Assembly: GCF_000281045.1 (NCBI RefSeq)
Contig: NW_008246149.1
Coordinates: 69,513 to 103,400 of the forward strand
DNA: 33,888 nucleotides
Direction: 5' to 3'
From: Saprolegnia diclina VS20
Taxonomy: Eukaryota
The notes under the pieces were generated by a model. It was given only the letters and a program-made list of their open reading frames with translations. It had not been told where the DNA came from and did no database searches. The position numbers and the translations under genes were made by a program. Positions 12,001 through 22,600 of the stretch are shown here, piece by piece. Within the stretch, counting starts at the first letter, position 1; each line of letters starts with the position of its first letter.

Positions 12001-13336
12001 CAAAGATCGCGCGGAGAAGCGACCCAGTAGGCGGTAGCCACAAGTCGTCGTCGACACCGAGCTCCTGCTCGATGAGCGTGTCGCCCTCAGTGTAAAACAA
12101 GAGCAGCCGTCCGTCGTCGGCGCCGCAGACTGCCCCGACGGTCCGCGCCGAGGACGGTTGCAAGAGATGCGTCACGACGCGAAACGTGCCTGCCATCGCC
12201 TTGACAATGTGCGGAGGCGACATGAAATGGTCGAGAAGGTCGCGCGCTGCGGTATGCGCCAGGACGGACCAAGTACCGGTGCTTACCTTGTACAATCCCG
12301 TCTTGGGGCCCCAGAGGTACACCGAGGCGTCGTCCACCGCGATGCTCGCGCCGCTCACGACCACCGGCACTTGGTCGGGCTGAAGCCGAACGTGCTGCAA
12401 ACGCGTCGTGCCTTCGTATACGCCGAGCGCACTTGTCGGCTCGTACAGGCAGAGGCGATGCAGCAAACGGTCGTAGAGCGGCGCACAGAGAGGCGATGGC
12501 GTAGCAGTCGCCGGCGCCGACAGCAGTGTCGAAAGTGCTGGCAGTAGAAAGTGCAGTTGGCCGCTCGCCACGCCCAGTGCAAGCAGCAGTAGCACGTGCT
12601 CGTCCATAGCGTCGCATTCGATCGCGTCGAGTGCTCTCGCGTCCAGCGCAGCGCGCGCAAAGCTGTAGAGCGTGGCCAACGTCGCGTCTTCGGGCGAGTG
12701 GCGGCGCACGTGCGACAACGCCAGATTCGGAAAATCGAGAATCGACCCGACCATGTCGCGGAGGCACTCCTTCTGCACGTGCTCGCCGAGCGCCTTCATG
12801 ATGGTGAGCTGCATGCGGCAGCTCGCGAGCGAGAAGAGCTTTCCAGCCAGTGCCGCCACGTCGGTCGCGTCCGTCGGGGCCAGCACCGGCACATGCGGAA
12901 GCGGCGTCTCAGAAGGTGTAGTCTCGACCTCTTTCGACGCTACGCACTTGTCGTACGCGCTCAGCATGCGGACAAAGAGCGCATTCTTTTTGCGCTGGCG
13001 CTTCAAACTGGCCTCGGCTTCCGGGCAGTCGCCGAGGAGCGCCGACTCGCGCAGGACGAGCGACGCGCTGCGGCCGGTCTTGGCCCGCGATGTCTGCTTC
13101 GCCTTGGCTTGTGCGTCCGTGAGCGGCGACTTGCTCGCAAACAAGAGGCGCCGCGCCATGTCGGCGTCTTGGTGCAGCTCGTCCCAGGACATGGTGACGC
13201 CGTGCGCGCTCGTCGCCGTCGCCGTTATCGGCGCCTCGTCAGAGGACCCGTCTTGCAGCGTACTGCAGAGGTCCAGAAGCACGGTCTCATCGCGGAGAGC
13301 AGCGAAGGACGTGCGCACCCAGTGCGTCTCGTCCAT
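1..13336 (-). CDS. Giant HECT E3 ubiquitin ligase, paralog A (3'-truncated by window edge); exons 13336-8165, 8113-7512, 7457-7391, 7346-<1; N-terminal helical and beta-propeller-like region, 6 CUB-like domains, 2 MIB/HERC2, 2 LamG-like, SH3-like, 2 SPRY (one degenerate), UBA, HECT
   Basis: ORFs 8114..13336 and 7379..8113 join through GT-AG introns to a minus frame that stays open from 7346 to base 1. That frame is absent from the ORF track because no stop is reached. Manual translation ends in HECT N-lobe motifs (YYVKFLGENAEDAGGPYRETF, FLGKLLGAAVR, ETFTTLSIDNRVVEITPNG), colinear with the HECT domain of paralog B. An extra upstream exon cannot be excluded (acceptor-like TTTTCCACCACAG 11 nt before the ATG). 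Confidence 0.9.
1593..1709 (-). other. UBA domain within ligase A, inserted in the SPRY domain
   Basis: Translation EAKIAELLAMGCSRHKAIEALQRNDQDVAAALEWLLHNP fits the UBA pattern (MGF-like loop, A..AL, AxxWL). Confidence 0.8.
7347..7390 (-). other. Intron (44 bp) in ligase A
   Basis: TGG|GTATAC...GGCTAG|GGG restores the KW-GFRAVV terminal strand of the CUB-like domain. Confidence 0.85.
7458..7511 (-). other. Intron (54 bp, in-frame, stop-free) in ligase A
   Basis: CC|GTACGT...TGTAG|A restores the CUB-like motif FPGAYGQPPLIVDGD. Paralog B has an intron at the same position and phase. Confidence 0.8.
8114..8164 (-). other. Intron (51 bp) in ligase A, within the first MIB/HERC2 domain
   Basis: CAG|GTCTCC...CCCTAG|GTG. 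Removal eliminates the in-frame TAG and gives MVQ-VSWHATKQICIYVWD. Confidence 0.85.
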
Positions 13337-14204
13337 CGCTTGTCGGCCTGTGGTGGAAAAAGCGTATCTTTCAGAGGTGCATTCGGCGCTTCAAAATGCG
13401 GGATCTGCTTCGATATTCGGTATCTTGCTCCCCACGCTTTGGCCTTGCATGCATCAAGCTCATGGGCAGAGCGTTCGATGACACGGTGCTGTCGACGATC
13501 GCTGGCGTCATGACCATGTACCTCGCATGCTAGACGTCCGTCATGACTCGTGGCATCAAGTCCGTTCCTGTCAGCGTTCAATTCGGACATATCCTACCGG
13601 AATGCTTTCCCGGGCGCGATGATGCTAGTCAAACGTCGGTTGTATTTAAAAGCAATAATCAATTCCGCTTACAAAAATCAAGCTATGTGCGCAGCTTGTG
13701 AATTAAATTGAGGACGCGTCAACATTGCAGTTGCACTTGGATCCCTTGACCAAGCAGCTGTAGGCTTCTTCTCGCTGCTTGCAGGGGCGCTGCGAAGGAG
13801 GCAAATGCCATCCAGCAGACCTCCTGAGCATCTCTACTACACCTTGAGCACCAGCAACGTTGATATCGCGGTTGACACCTTCTTGACACACTCTATCTCT
13901 ACGGTGCGAGCCACAACCTCGACACGCGCTGCGTCTAATGACACGCAGTGTCGTCCGAGAAGCCTAGAAGGATGTTGTCGCTGTCGCCGTCAATGTACGC
14001 AGCAGCAACCACCCCGTCAGGGGTAAATAATTATGTACCCATGTACCCCCCCGTCCATTACGGAGGCTGCACAGGCGTGGCGGGAGATGCCAACTCCGGG
14101 GGGAGGTTTCCGGTAGGACTTTAGCGGGTGGTTTCGGACAGCAAGGCATACAAACATCAAGTGCGGGAAAGCTGCTGCTTTTGCCCACTTCGAAGTCTTC
14201 TCCC

Positions 14205-15910
14205 ATGAGCTCCAACAACTCTTCGCACGAGGCCGGGCCGCCGGGCGCGCCGCTCAAGCTCACGTCCGGCCAGCCCGAGTTCGACGACGCCAATGGCAAG
14301 GACAGCATCTCGGTCGGCGATATCTTCTCGACGCGCAACCCGCGGGACGCGGCCGCGGGCCTCTCGTCCGGGCTCAAGAACATGGGCAAGGGCCTCATTG
14401 GCGGCGTCGGCGCCTTTGTGGGCATGCCGATCGTGGGCGCCAAGGAACAAGGCGTCATGGGCTTCGCCAAGGGCCTCGCCATGGGCACGGTCTCGGCTGT
14501 CGTGGTACGTGCAGCCCATATTACGAAGCGGATGGTCATTGACACATCTAGATGGTCGGTGGCGGCGCCGTGACGGGCGTGACGCAGATTGCGCGTGGCA
14601 TTGCTAACACGCCGATGGCCATCAAGAGCTCAAACGAAGACAAGGTGTGGAACTCGGAGACGAACGAATGGTACTTGTACAGCCTCGCGGACGAAGCCGC
14701 GACCGTGCTGACCGACGAGCCCGAGGCCGCAGCGCCGGCCAAGGCGGTCAAGGAAACCGAGCTCTACGACCAGCTCGGCGTGGCCACGAACGCGACGGAC
14801 GTTGAAATCAAGAAGGCGTACCGGAAGCTCGCGATGCAGTTGCACCCGGACAAGAACCTCAACGACCCGACGGCGTCGGAGAAGTTTCAAAAGCTCGGCG
14901 CCGCGTACCAAGTGCTGTCGGACCCGACGTCGCGCGCCAACTACGACGAGCACGGCAAGGACGGCGTCGACACGCAGCTCTTTATGGACAACAGCCAGAT
15001 CTACGAGATGATTTTCGGCAGCCAAGCGTTTGAGAACTTTGTCGGCGAGCTCAACCTCATGACGCTCCAGTCGCAGTTTGGCAAGATGAACGAGAACGAC
15101 GCGGCCGAGATGGAGCCCGAGCACCTCTTTGGCCAAACGGACGTCATCAAGCTCAAGCAGAAGAAGCGCGAGGTGCAGTGCGCTGTCTACCTCGCAACGC
15201 TCCTCGACCAGTATCTCCAAGACGCATCGGAAGGCCACATTAGCTTTCGCACGTCGATCACTGCGACCGCGTCAGAGCTCGCGTCCACGGCGTTTGGCGG
15301 CACGCTCATCGGCGTCGTCGGCTACGTCTACGAAGAGCAGGCGCTCAAGCACCTCGGCTTCAAGAAGAGCCTCGCGGCCGGCCTCGGGCTCAAGAACGTG
15401 GCCAAGTCGGCGCACGTGCTCGCGACCAAGTACCGCGTCGTGACGTCGGCCGTCAATGCCTACTCGGTCGCCCGCAAGGCCGGTCAAGAGATGGAGAAGG
15501 CCGAGAAGGCCGAAGCCAAGAAGAAGCTCGAGACGCCGACAAAGGCGCCGACCGAGCTAGCGACGTCGGACGAGGAGTTGGAGAAGGAGGCGGCCGAGAA
15601 GGCCAAGCGCATGGAAGATATGTCGCGCAAGCTGCAGCAAGAAACCTTTGGGAGCGTGCTCGAGATTGCTTGGAACTACACGGTCGTCGACGTCGAGTCG
15701 ACGCTGCGCAACATTTGCTTCAAGCTCCTCAAGGACTCTGGCGTGTCGGCCAAGGACCGCGTCAAGCGCGCCGAGGGCCTTCTCATCATGGGCGAAATCT
15801 TTATGGCGAGCAGCCAGACGTCCGAGGCCGGGCTCAAGGAAATCATGGAGAAGCTCAACCTCACGGGTGGCGACATGGACCCCGAGGCCGAGACCAAGCC
15901 CGCACCGTAA
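14205..15910 (+). CDS. DnaJ (Hsp40) co-chaperone with J domain and DnaJ-X domain (Caj1/Djp1/plant dnaJ10-like), 552 aa; exons 14205-14504 and 14552-15910
   Basis: J domain [10 protein letters not shown]...[17 protein letters not shown]...AYQVLSDP with an intact HPD. It is followed by [14 protein letters not shown] and a helical X-domain region ([15 protein letters not shown]...[16 protein letters not shown]...[12 protein letters not shown]). Upstream ORF 14181..14573 joins in frame through a 47 bp intron. Confidence 0.9.
14505..14551 (+). other. Intron (47 bp) in the DnaJ gene
   Basis: GTG|GTACGT...ATCTAG|ATG, phase 0, joining the two ORFs. Confidence 0.85.
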
Positions 15911-16337
15911 GGTCCAGACGGAACCATATCTAATGCCTTTTTGTGTTTTTAAGATACACTCCATCGCTCCACGTGTTGCCCGGACGTGGCTCCTGCATCT
16001 GCTCCAGCCCGACCGGCCGCAACGCACATCGTACACCCAACCGGCCTTCCAGAAACGTACCACCGCCTCAATCTCTACGTACAGTTCGGACGCGATCAGT
16101 TGCTGCTACATTGAGTTATTCCTATACACTGACGAAACGAGGCCGAAAGATGGTGGACTTTGTAAAATTTGCTCAGCAAGCGAGAAGCGTGTGGGGTGCA
16201 CCAGCAGTCATGGGACCAGCTTGCGCGGGTCATCGCAAAAGACGTAACCGGGATCTGTTTTGCAAAACCCTCCAAGATACCGCTCTCTTGATGCGAGTAT
16301 CACTGGTCACGGTTGGCGCCCCCAACACCTCGCTAAA

Positions 16338-16529
16338 CCTTCGACGCGACCACTCGCTGCCCTAGCCCCAAGCCAAATACAAACGTGCCATCTCGCATAT
16401 CTAGCCATCGCCCAGGACCTTGGTGCGTCCTCCAGTACTCACTTTGCAATTGGCGCCTCTCAAAGCATCTTGCAGCCACCATGCGCCTCTCGCTCTCCCT
16501 CGCCACGATCGCCCTGGCGCACTATGCGT
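16338..16529 (+). repeat. 192 bp direct repeat, copy 1 (TSP1 promoter, 5'UTR and signal-peptide codons)
   Basis: Identical by eye to 33697-33888 (offset 17359). The left flanks diverge immediately (CGCTAAA versus GCAAAGT). Confidence 0.95.
16438..16451 (+). promoter_or_regulatory. Oomycete INR+FPR core promoter element of the TSP1 gene
   Basis: CTCACTTTGCAATT fits the oomycete initiator plus flanking promoter region consensus (approximately YCAYTYYNCAWTT), about 30-43 nt upstream of the ATG at 16481. Confidence 0.65.
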
Positions 16530-19291
16530 CGGCGGCGGCGTACGACCCAAGCCAACTCCGAGGCATCTCGGACCCGGTGTTGATCGCCAAGCTCGAAGGC
16601 TACATGCCGCCGATCTGCTCCAAGCTCTACGGTGACGAGAAGCACTGGTCGCCGTGGAGCAACTGCTCGGCCGAGTGCGGCACCGGCGAGCAGGTGCGGT
16701 ACCTCAACGGCATTGGCCAGAAGAACGCCGTGACGAACGGCTGCGAGATCCAGCAGGACAAGCAGGAGTGCCAAGGCACCTTGTGTCCCCAAGATTGCCT
16801 CTACTCGGACTTTACCGAGTGGTCGACGTGCGATGCCACGACGGGCACGCAAGTGCGGTCGCGCACCGAGACGACGCCGGCGCTCAACGGCGGCAAGGAT
16901 TGCCCGACGCTCTGGGGCCCATCCACCGAAACGCGCGATTGCGACATCGACTGCGACGGCAACTGGGAGGAGTGGACCGAGTGCAGCGGGACGTCGGCGA
17001 CGCAGTCGCGGTCGTTCACCGTCTTGCAGTACCCGCGCAACCAAGGCGAATCGTGCCCGCCGCTCCAGACGCAGGACTGCAACCCGGCGTGCGGCAGCGT
17101 CGCGTGGGGACCGTACTCGACTTGTGACTCCGCCACGGGCACGTACTCTCGCACGCGCAATGTGCCGGTCGACGCCAACTTTGTGCGTCTCACGGTGGCG
17201 TTGCGCCAGAACCAGTGTGCGACCGTCGACACGCAGGCGTGCGACCTCGACTGCGAGCTTGGCGAATGGACGCCGTCGGGCACGTGCGACGCGACGACGG
17301 GGACCCAAACGTTCACGCGCGAAGTGCTCCGGAAGGAAGTCAACTGCGGCAAGCCGTGCGACTCGGTCGCCCACGACACGGTCTTGACCAAGTCGGAGCC
17401 GTGCACCGTCGACTGCAAGGTCGGCGCGTGGTCGGACTGGGTCTGCAACCCGGCGACGGGCGAGTCGACGCGCTCGCGCTCGATCGACGTAAACCCCAAG
17501 AACGGCGGCGCCGACTGCGGCGATCTCCAGCAGACGCGCGACTGCCGCTGCACCGACGACGTGTGCCCCGAGCCGTGTGAGACGGGCGCGTGGACGCAGG
17601 GCACGTGCTCACCCGAATCGTGCACGCTGATCAGCGAGACGACCATGCTGTACCCGATCCGCGACGCGAGCAAGGCCTGCAACCTCTACCGGACGGAGCC
17701 GTGCACGCTCGACGCCGTCACGGGTCCGTGGAGCGACTGGAGTGTGTGCGACGATACGGCCCACCAAACGCGCACCCGCGACATTGTGAGCGCGGCGTGC
17801 AACGGCGGCCAGGGCGCGGGCCCGACGTCCGAGACGCGCAGCTGCCAAGAGATCTGCGACCATGCCCACAATCCGTGGGCCGAGTGGGCGAGGTGCGACC
17901 AGACAACGGCCAAGCAGACGCGGTCGCGTGCGATCGTGAACCCGCCGTCGGCCGACCAGGCGCCGTGCTCGACGAGCGAAGAGCGCGACTGTGCCGTGGA
18001 CTGCGTCATGGACAACTGGGGCGAGTGGAGCGAGTGCGACGAATGCACGGGACTCCAGGTCCACAACCGCAAGGTTCAGATCCCGATGCAAAACGGCGGC
18101 AACCAGTGCCCGCCGACGCAGGAGAACCAGGCGTGCGCCGTCACGTGCATGGCGAGCGAGTGGACCCCGTGGAGCGCGCCGGACGACTCGTGCACGTGCA
18201 GCCGCACACGAACGGAAATCGCGCCGGCCATCAACGGCGGCACTTGCCAGCTCACGGACACCGACCCCACGTGCACGCAGAACTGCGCAGTCAGCGACTG
18301 GAGCGTCCCCGATGCGTGCATTCTCAGCGGTACCCGCGCCGGCACGCAGCGCTCGACCCGCACCATCACGACCCAGCAGTGCAACGGCGGCGCGAGCTGC
18401 CCCGACGACCTCGAGCGCTACACCGACTGCGACGTCGACTGCGTCGTCAGCGACTGGTCCGAGTGGAGCGCGTGCGACTTGAAGACGCAGCAGCAGACAC
18501 GCACGCGCTCGGTTTTGCAGCAATCGCACAACAGCGGCGCCGAGTGCGGCACGCTCGTCGACTACCAGGGCTGCGGCGCGTGCGCCGACATCGTCTCGGA
18601 CTATACGTACTCGGAGTGTGACGCGACGACGGGTCTCCGCACCGGCACGGCGACGTACTTGTACCCGCCCCAGAACGGCCTCACGTGCAACCTCGTCGTG
18701 CAAGACACGTGCGCCGTCGACTGCGTCCTCTCGGACTGGAGCGCCGGCGAGTGCAACGTGCAGGGCGAACTCGCGGGCAAGGTCGTCTCGACCCGCTCGA
18801 TCCTTACGCTGCCGCTCAACGGCGGCCGCAAGTGTGATGACCTCTCCAAACACGACACGTGCGTCGTCGACTGCATGCCCGGTGACACCTGGGGTGCGTG
18901 GTCGGACTGCGGCGCGCAGGGCTTCTCGCGCCGCACCATCAACATCCAGTACCCGGCGCAAAACGGCGGCCGCAACGACGAGTGCTTGGTCGAAGAGCAA
19001 AAGACGTGCGCCGTCGACTGCGTTATCGACCCCGTCTCGGGTGAGATCACGCAGCCGTCGCTCAACGGCGGCGTGACGTGCCAGGAGTATGCCAACGCCA
19101 ACAACATCGACGGCAACTACCCCGACTACTCGACCACGTCCAGCATCTCGTTCATGACCATGCTCGCCAGCAACAAGTCGTATGCGCTCGCGGCCGCGGC
19201 CTCGGGCGGCGTCGGCGTCATGTTCCTCGTCGGCTTCTTCACGACGCGTCAGCGCCGCGGCTACAACTCCATCTCTGGCCAGGCCTTGTAA
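16481..19291 (+). CDS. Secreted or type I membrane thrombospondin type-1 repeat protein (Vsv1-like putative adhesin), 936 aa, about 16 TSP1 repeats plus one partial
   Basis: ATG in CCACCATG context. Signal peptide MRLSLSLATIALAHYASAAA, tandem C..S.WS.WS.C...G.Q.R.R....P.NGG..C repeats, a hydrophobic segment YALAAAASGGVGVMFLVGFFTT and a short tail RQRRGYNSISGQAL. Confidence 0.9.
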   Translation: MRLSLSLATIALAHYASAAAYDPSQLRGISDPVLIAKLEGYMPPICSKLYGDEKHWSPWSNCSAECGTGEQVRYLNGIGQKNAVTNGCEIQQDKQECQGTLCPQDCLYSDFTEWSTCDATTGTQVRSRTETTPALNGGKDCPTLWGPSTETRDCDIDCDGNWEEWTECSGTSATQSRSFTVLQYPRNQGESCPPLQTQDCNPACGSVAWGPYSTCDSATGTYSRTRNVPVDANFVRLTVALRQNQCATVDTQACDLDCELGEWTPSGTCDATTGTQTFTREVLRKEVNCGKPCDSVAHDTVLTKSEPCTVDCKVGAWSDWVCNPATGESTRSRSIDVNPKNGGADCGDLQQTRDCRCTDDVCPEPCETGAWTQGTCSPESCTLISETTMLYPIRDASKACNLYRTEPCTLDAVTGPWSDWSVCDDTAHQTRTRDIVSAACNGGQGAGPTSETRSCQEICDHAHNPWAEWARCDQTTAKQTRSRAIVNPPSADQAPCSTSEERDCAVDCVMDNWGEWSECDECTGLQVHNRKVQIPMQNGGNQCPPTQENQACAVTCMASEWTPWSAPDDSCTCSRTRTEIAPAINGGTCQLTDTDPTCTQNCAVSDWSVPDACILSGTRAGTQRSTRTITTQQCNGGASCPDDLERYTDCDVDCVVSDWSEWSACDLKTQQQTRTRSVLQQSHNSGAECGTLVDYQGCGACADIVSDYTYSECDATTGLRTGTATYLYPPQNGLTCNLVVQDTCAVDCVLSDWSAGECNVQGELAGKVVSTRSILTLPLNGGRKCDDLSKHDTCVVDCMPGDTWGAWSDCGAQGFSRRTINIQYPAQNGGRNDECLVEEQKTCAVDCVIDPVSGEITQPSLNGGVTCQEYANANNIDGNYPDYSTTSSISFMTMLASNKSYALAAAASGGVGVMFLVGFFTTRQRRGYNSISGQAL

Positions 19292-19635
19292 GCGGCGGAT
19301 ATCCTGTCTCTCGCGCACCGCTGTCCGTGCGCCATGTTGTCCTTTCTTCTTTTCGTGAGTACTACTACGAGTAGCGAATATCATCGTCAATGTACAGTCA
19401 TATTCGCTCGAATCTTTGCTAGTAGCTGAAGCTCTCTGTTCAACACGATCGGGGATCCAAGATACGCTGCATCGAGAGGCTGCCACGTCATGAAACCGGG
19501 TGGTCTTCATCTCCAGGTAACGTCATGGCCGCAAGCAGCGCGTCTAGAATATACTGTGATAGATTCAACACACAGTATTCTGGCCCAATGACAAAATGTG
19601 GCCACAGTGAGGTAACGTAGATATGCATGAATCGG

Positions 19636-22600
19636 TTAATCTTCCCAGCCGAGTTGGTTGGCCGCCATCGTGTCCCCGTCCCCGTCAATGGCTTGGCAGT
19701 TGTAAATCGCGTACGTCAAGCGGGCCTCCAAGATGGCGTGGCTCGAGTAGCGTGGCAGCTCGAGCGAGAAGAAGCACGTGTGCGACACGGGCATGTAGCT
19801 GTCGGCGGGCCGCCGATCAAACGCCGTGAGCTTAAACTGCTGACCGGCTTGAAACTCGGGCAACGTCCGCGGTAGCCGCGACCGGCCCCAGACAAACCGC
19901 AGAAACGCGCGCCGGGCGTCGTGGCTGTACGCCCGGAGAACGTCCCAAAACCAAGTGACATGCATATCCGACGCACTGCACGAGCTGTACTCGGTACACT
20001 GCTGAAGCAAGTCAATGTCAACGTCCGGCGACCCACACACAAGACTTTCGAGCTCGCGCCACGTGAAAAGCCGGAGGTACCGCAACGGCACGACCATGCC
20101 GAGGCCGCGCCGGACGCACGCCACCGCTGCATCAAACTCGTGCAACCGAAACTGTTCAACGGCATCGGCAAACTCGCATCGGTTCTCAAACGTCACTGCG
20201 ATCGTGTCGCCGTGCGGGCGGAGGGCCACCGTACGGTTGTCGGTCGACAGCGTTGTAAACGTCTCATCAATGACGTCGGCAAACTGCGCTGCCGTGACAC
20301 CGGTCGTGTCGATTGTCCGCAGCGCCCGCATCGAGTTGACAATGAGCGCGTCGACGGCTTCGAGGTCCTCGACCGTCACAACGTCGCGGACAAGAAGCTT
20401 CCAAATGACTTGGGACAGCGTCAAGCTGAGGCAATCCTTGGTGCGAATGGCCACACCGAGAAGCTTGCCGAGAAAAACGAGCATCGAAGTGTGCTGGACA
20501 TGCGCCTGCGGGTGCAAGACGTAGGCGTCACGGCAATGCCCGACATTGTGTTGGCCGTTCGATGTCGGGAGAAGAAGCGGCAACTGGGGGCTCTGCAACT
20601 CGGCGCAAAACTCAGTAAACGTCTCGCGGTACGGACCGCCACCGTCGACGGCGTTCTCGCCGAGGAACGTCACCTTGTACAAGTTGCCCGTTGACCGATA
20701 GCACGTCGCGTCCCATAAACTCAAGACGCGGTAAGCTTGCGCAAAAAGAGCAAACGGGTTTGTCCCGTGCGATGCAAGTCGCCCACGCGTCGCCTTGGGG
20801 CGGTTGAGCGTCAGCAGGCGCTCCGTCGACGAGACACCGGTCGCCGTCACCTGCACGTCCCAGAGCTCGCGCTTGAGTACGTGGAAGAGAAGACCGCGGG
20901 CAGCCGTGAGGCGCGACACCAACGTCCGCGGGCCATCGTCGACCACGAGATCGACGTACTGTAGGAGCCCGAGCATGACCTTGTTCAATGCCACTAGCAA
21001 GGCAAAGCGCGCCGAGAGCGAAGTTGGCTCGGTCGACGGCACATCGTGCAGTTTGGCGAGCAGCGGCCATCGGACAAGCGCCGTTTCTTCTGGCGCCACG
21101 TCGGCCCACGACAGCGCAAAGAGCGCCTCGGACGTCAATGAGCGCGCGCTGCAGACGTTGTTGATGTAGCGCACGAGCTCTTCGTTCTCTTTGGCGTGAA
21201 CCGCCGACATGGCCACGCTGGACGACTGGAACCGCGCAGAACAAGAAAGTGGGGGGCGTGAGAGCGACACCTGTGGGCTGCTGGTCGACCACGGCGGCGT
21301 AGAAAGTGTAGCACCGTGCCGCTCGAAGCGCGACGTGTCGGGCACAGTACACTCGGTGCCGGCGACTTCAATCCACGCGCCGAGCAGTCGCGGCGCCACG
21401 TCGTGCACGCCATGACGGTACGCGACCGGCTGCCAGCCATTTTCTTCGAAATCAAAGATCTCAAATTGCACCGCGGCGTTGCACGGGACACCCGCGGCTT
21501 CGAGCACCGAGACGTAGCCATCGGGGAGGTGGTGGAAAGGCCGTTGGCCGAGGTTCCAGATTGCACCGTCGCCTGTCAAGAACGACCCCGACGGAAAGAT
21601 CCCACCATGCCGCAGCCACGCGCTTCCGGGGCGCTCGTCGTCCGTCGCACTGTTGTCGGGCGTCGCTTCGGCGGTCGCCGTTTCGGGCATCGCGCTGGAC
21701 ACCAGCGGTGGAGTGTCCGCAGAAGTCGTCGCGTGCTCGGCATCAGACGCCTTCGAGGGGCTACTGTGGCTGTCGCTGTCGTCACTCTCTTCGTCATCCG
21801 CGCAAGAGACTTCGTCGTCACCATCGTCACCATTGTCGTCATCGTCGGCATCGCCGTCTCGACTCCACTGGCTGCTGGCGGTACCATCCTTTGGGGACAT
21901 GGGCGTCAGCGTCGCACTGGTGCACTGAAAGCGAACGTTGGTGAGGACGCGGCCATTAAGAGAAAACGACATGACGCCGGCGTGCCAGTCGAGAAGACAG
22001 CCAAAAACGTCACCGGGCTGCCAAATGGCTTCCGAGATCGTCGTCTTTTCGTCGTGCCACATGGCTTGGCGGCACAGGTCGACCCCAAACGACCGACCGC
22101 AGTCGCCAATGCCCATGTCGCGCGACGCAATCGCGCAGTCCCCAAACGACCAGCCGAGCTGAAGGCACGTGGAACGCAGCAGCGTGAGCTCGTAGTAGAC
22201 CTTGCCGTGTGCACAGCTCGGTGCCAAGACACCGATACCTTGCGGGCGCAGGCTCGCAAAGTCACCGTGGCGATTGACGTACGTAAAGGCTTGGTACGAC
22301 GTGAGTAGCGCTCTTGTGCCGTCAGAAAACTCCTTCGGCGCCTACAGAGTCGGCATGAGCATGGTCGAGGAATACATAATGTCCTACCGTAGCTGCCACC
22401 AAAGACAGTTTTTCGAACGTCGCCGGTTCCCCGACGTCGACCGAGTTGTACTGCCGCTTGAGCACATCGGCATAGTATTGCTGCATGTGCATCGGAGCAT
22501 CCCAGAACCGGACATGCGAAAGTTGACCGCGCCATGGCTTGCTGCCATCTTCGTCGCTGGCGCCGAGGTGCAGCGTCGTCGAAGTCGCAGGCGCGCACTG

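Noticed and set aside
13703..13960. Minus-frame CRGCG...NRDINVA resembling a TnpB/Fanzor zinc finger and RuvC-III end
   Set aside because: The spacing is wrong, there is no NAA.NI or other RuvC motif, and the frame is short and bounded by stops. Likely chance.
16385..16480. N-terminal extension of the 968 aa ORF from a non-ATG start
   Set aside because: The signal peptide begins at the ATG at 16481 and the INR/FPR element lies inside this extension.
17609..19510. 633 aa minus-strand ORF
   Set aside because: Antisense shadow of the TSP1 gene with no recognisable features.
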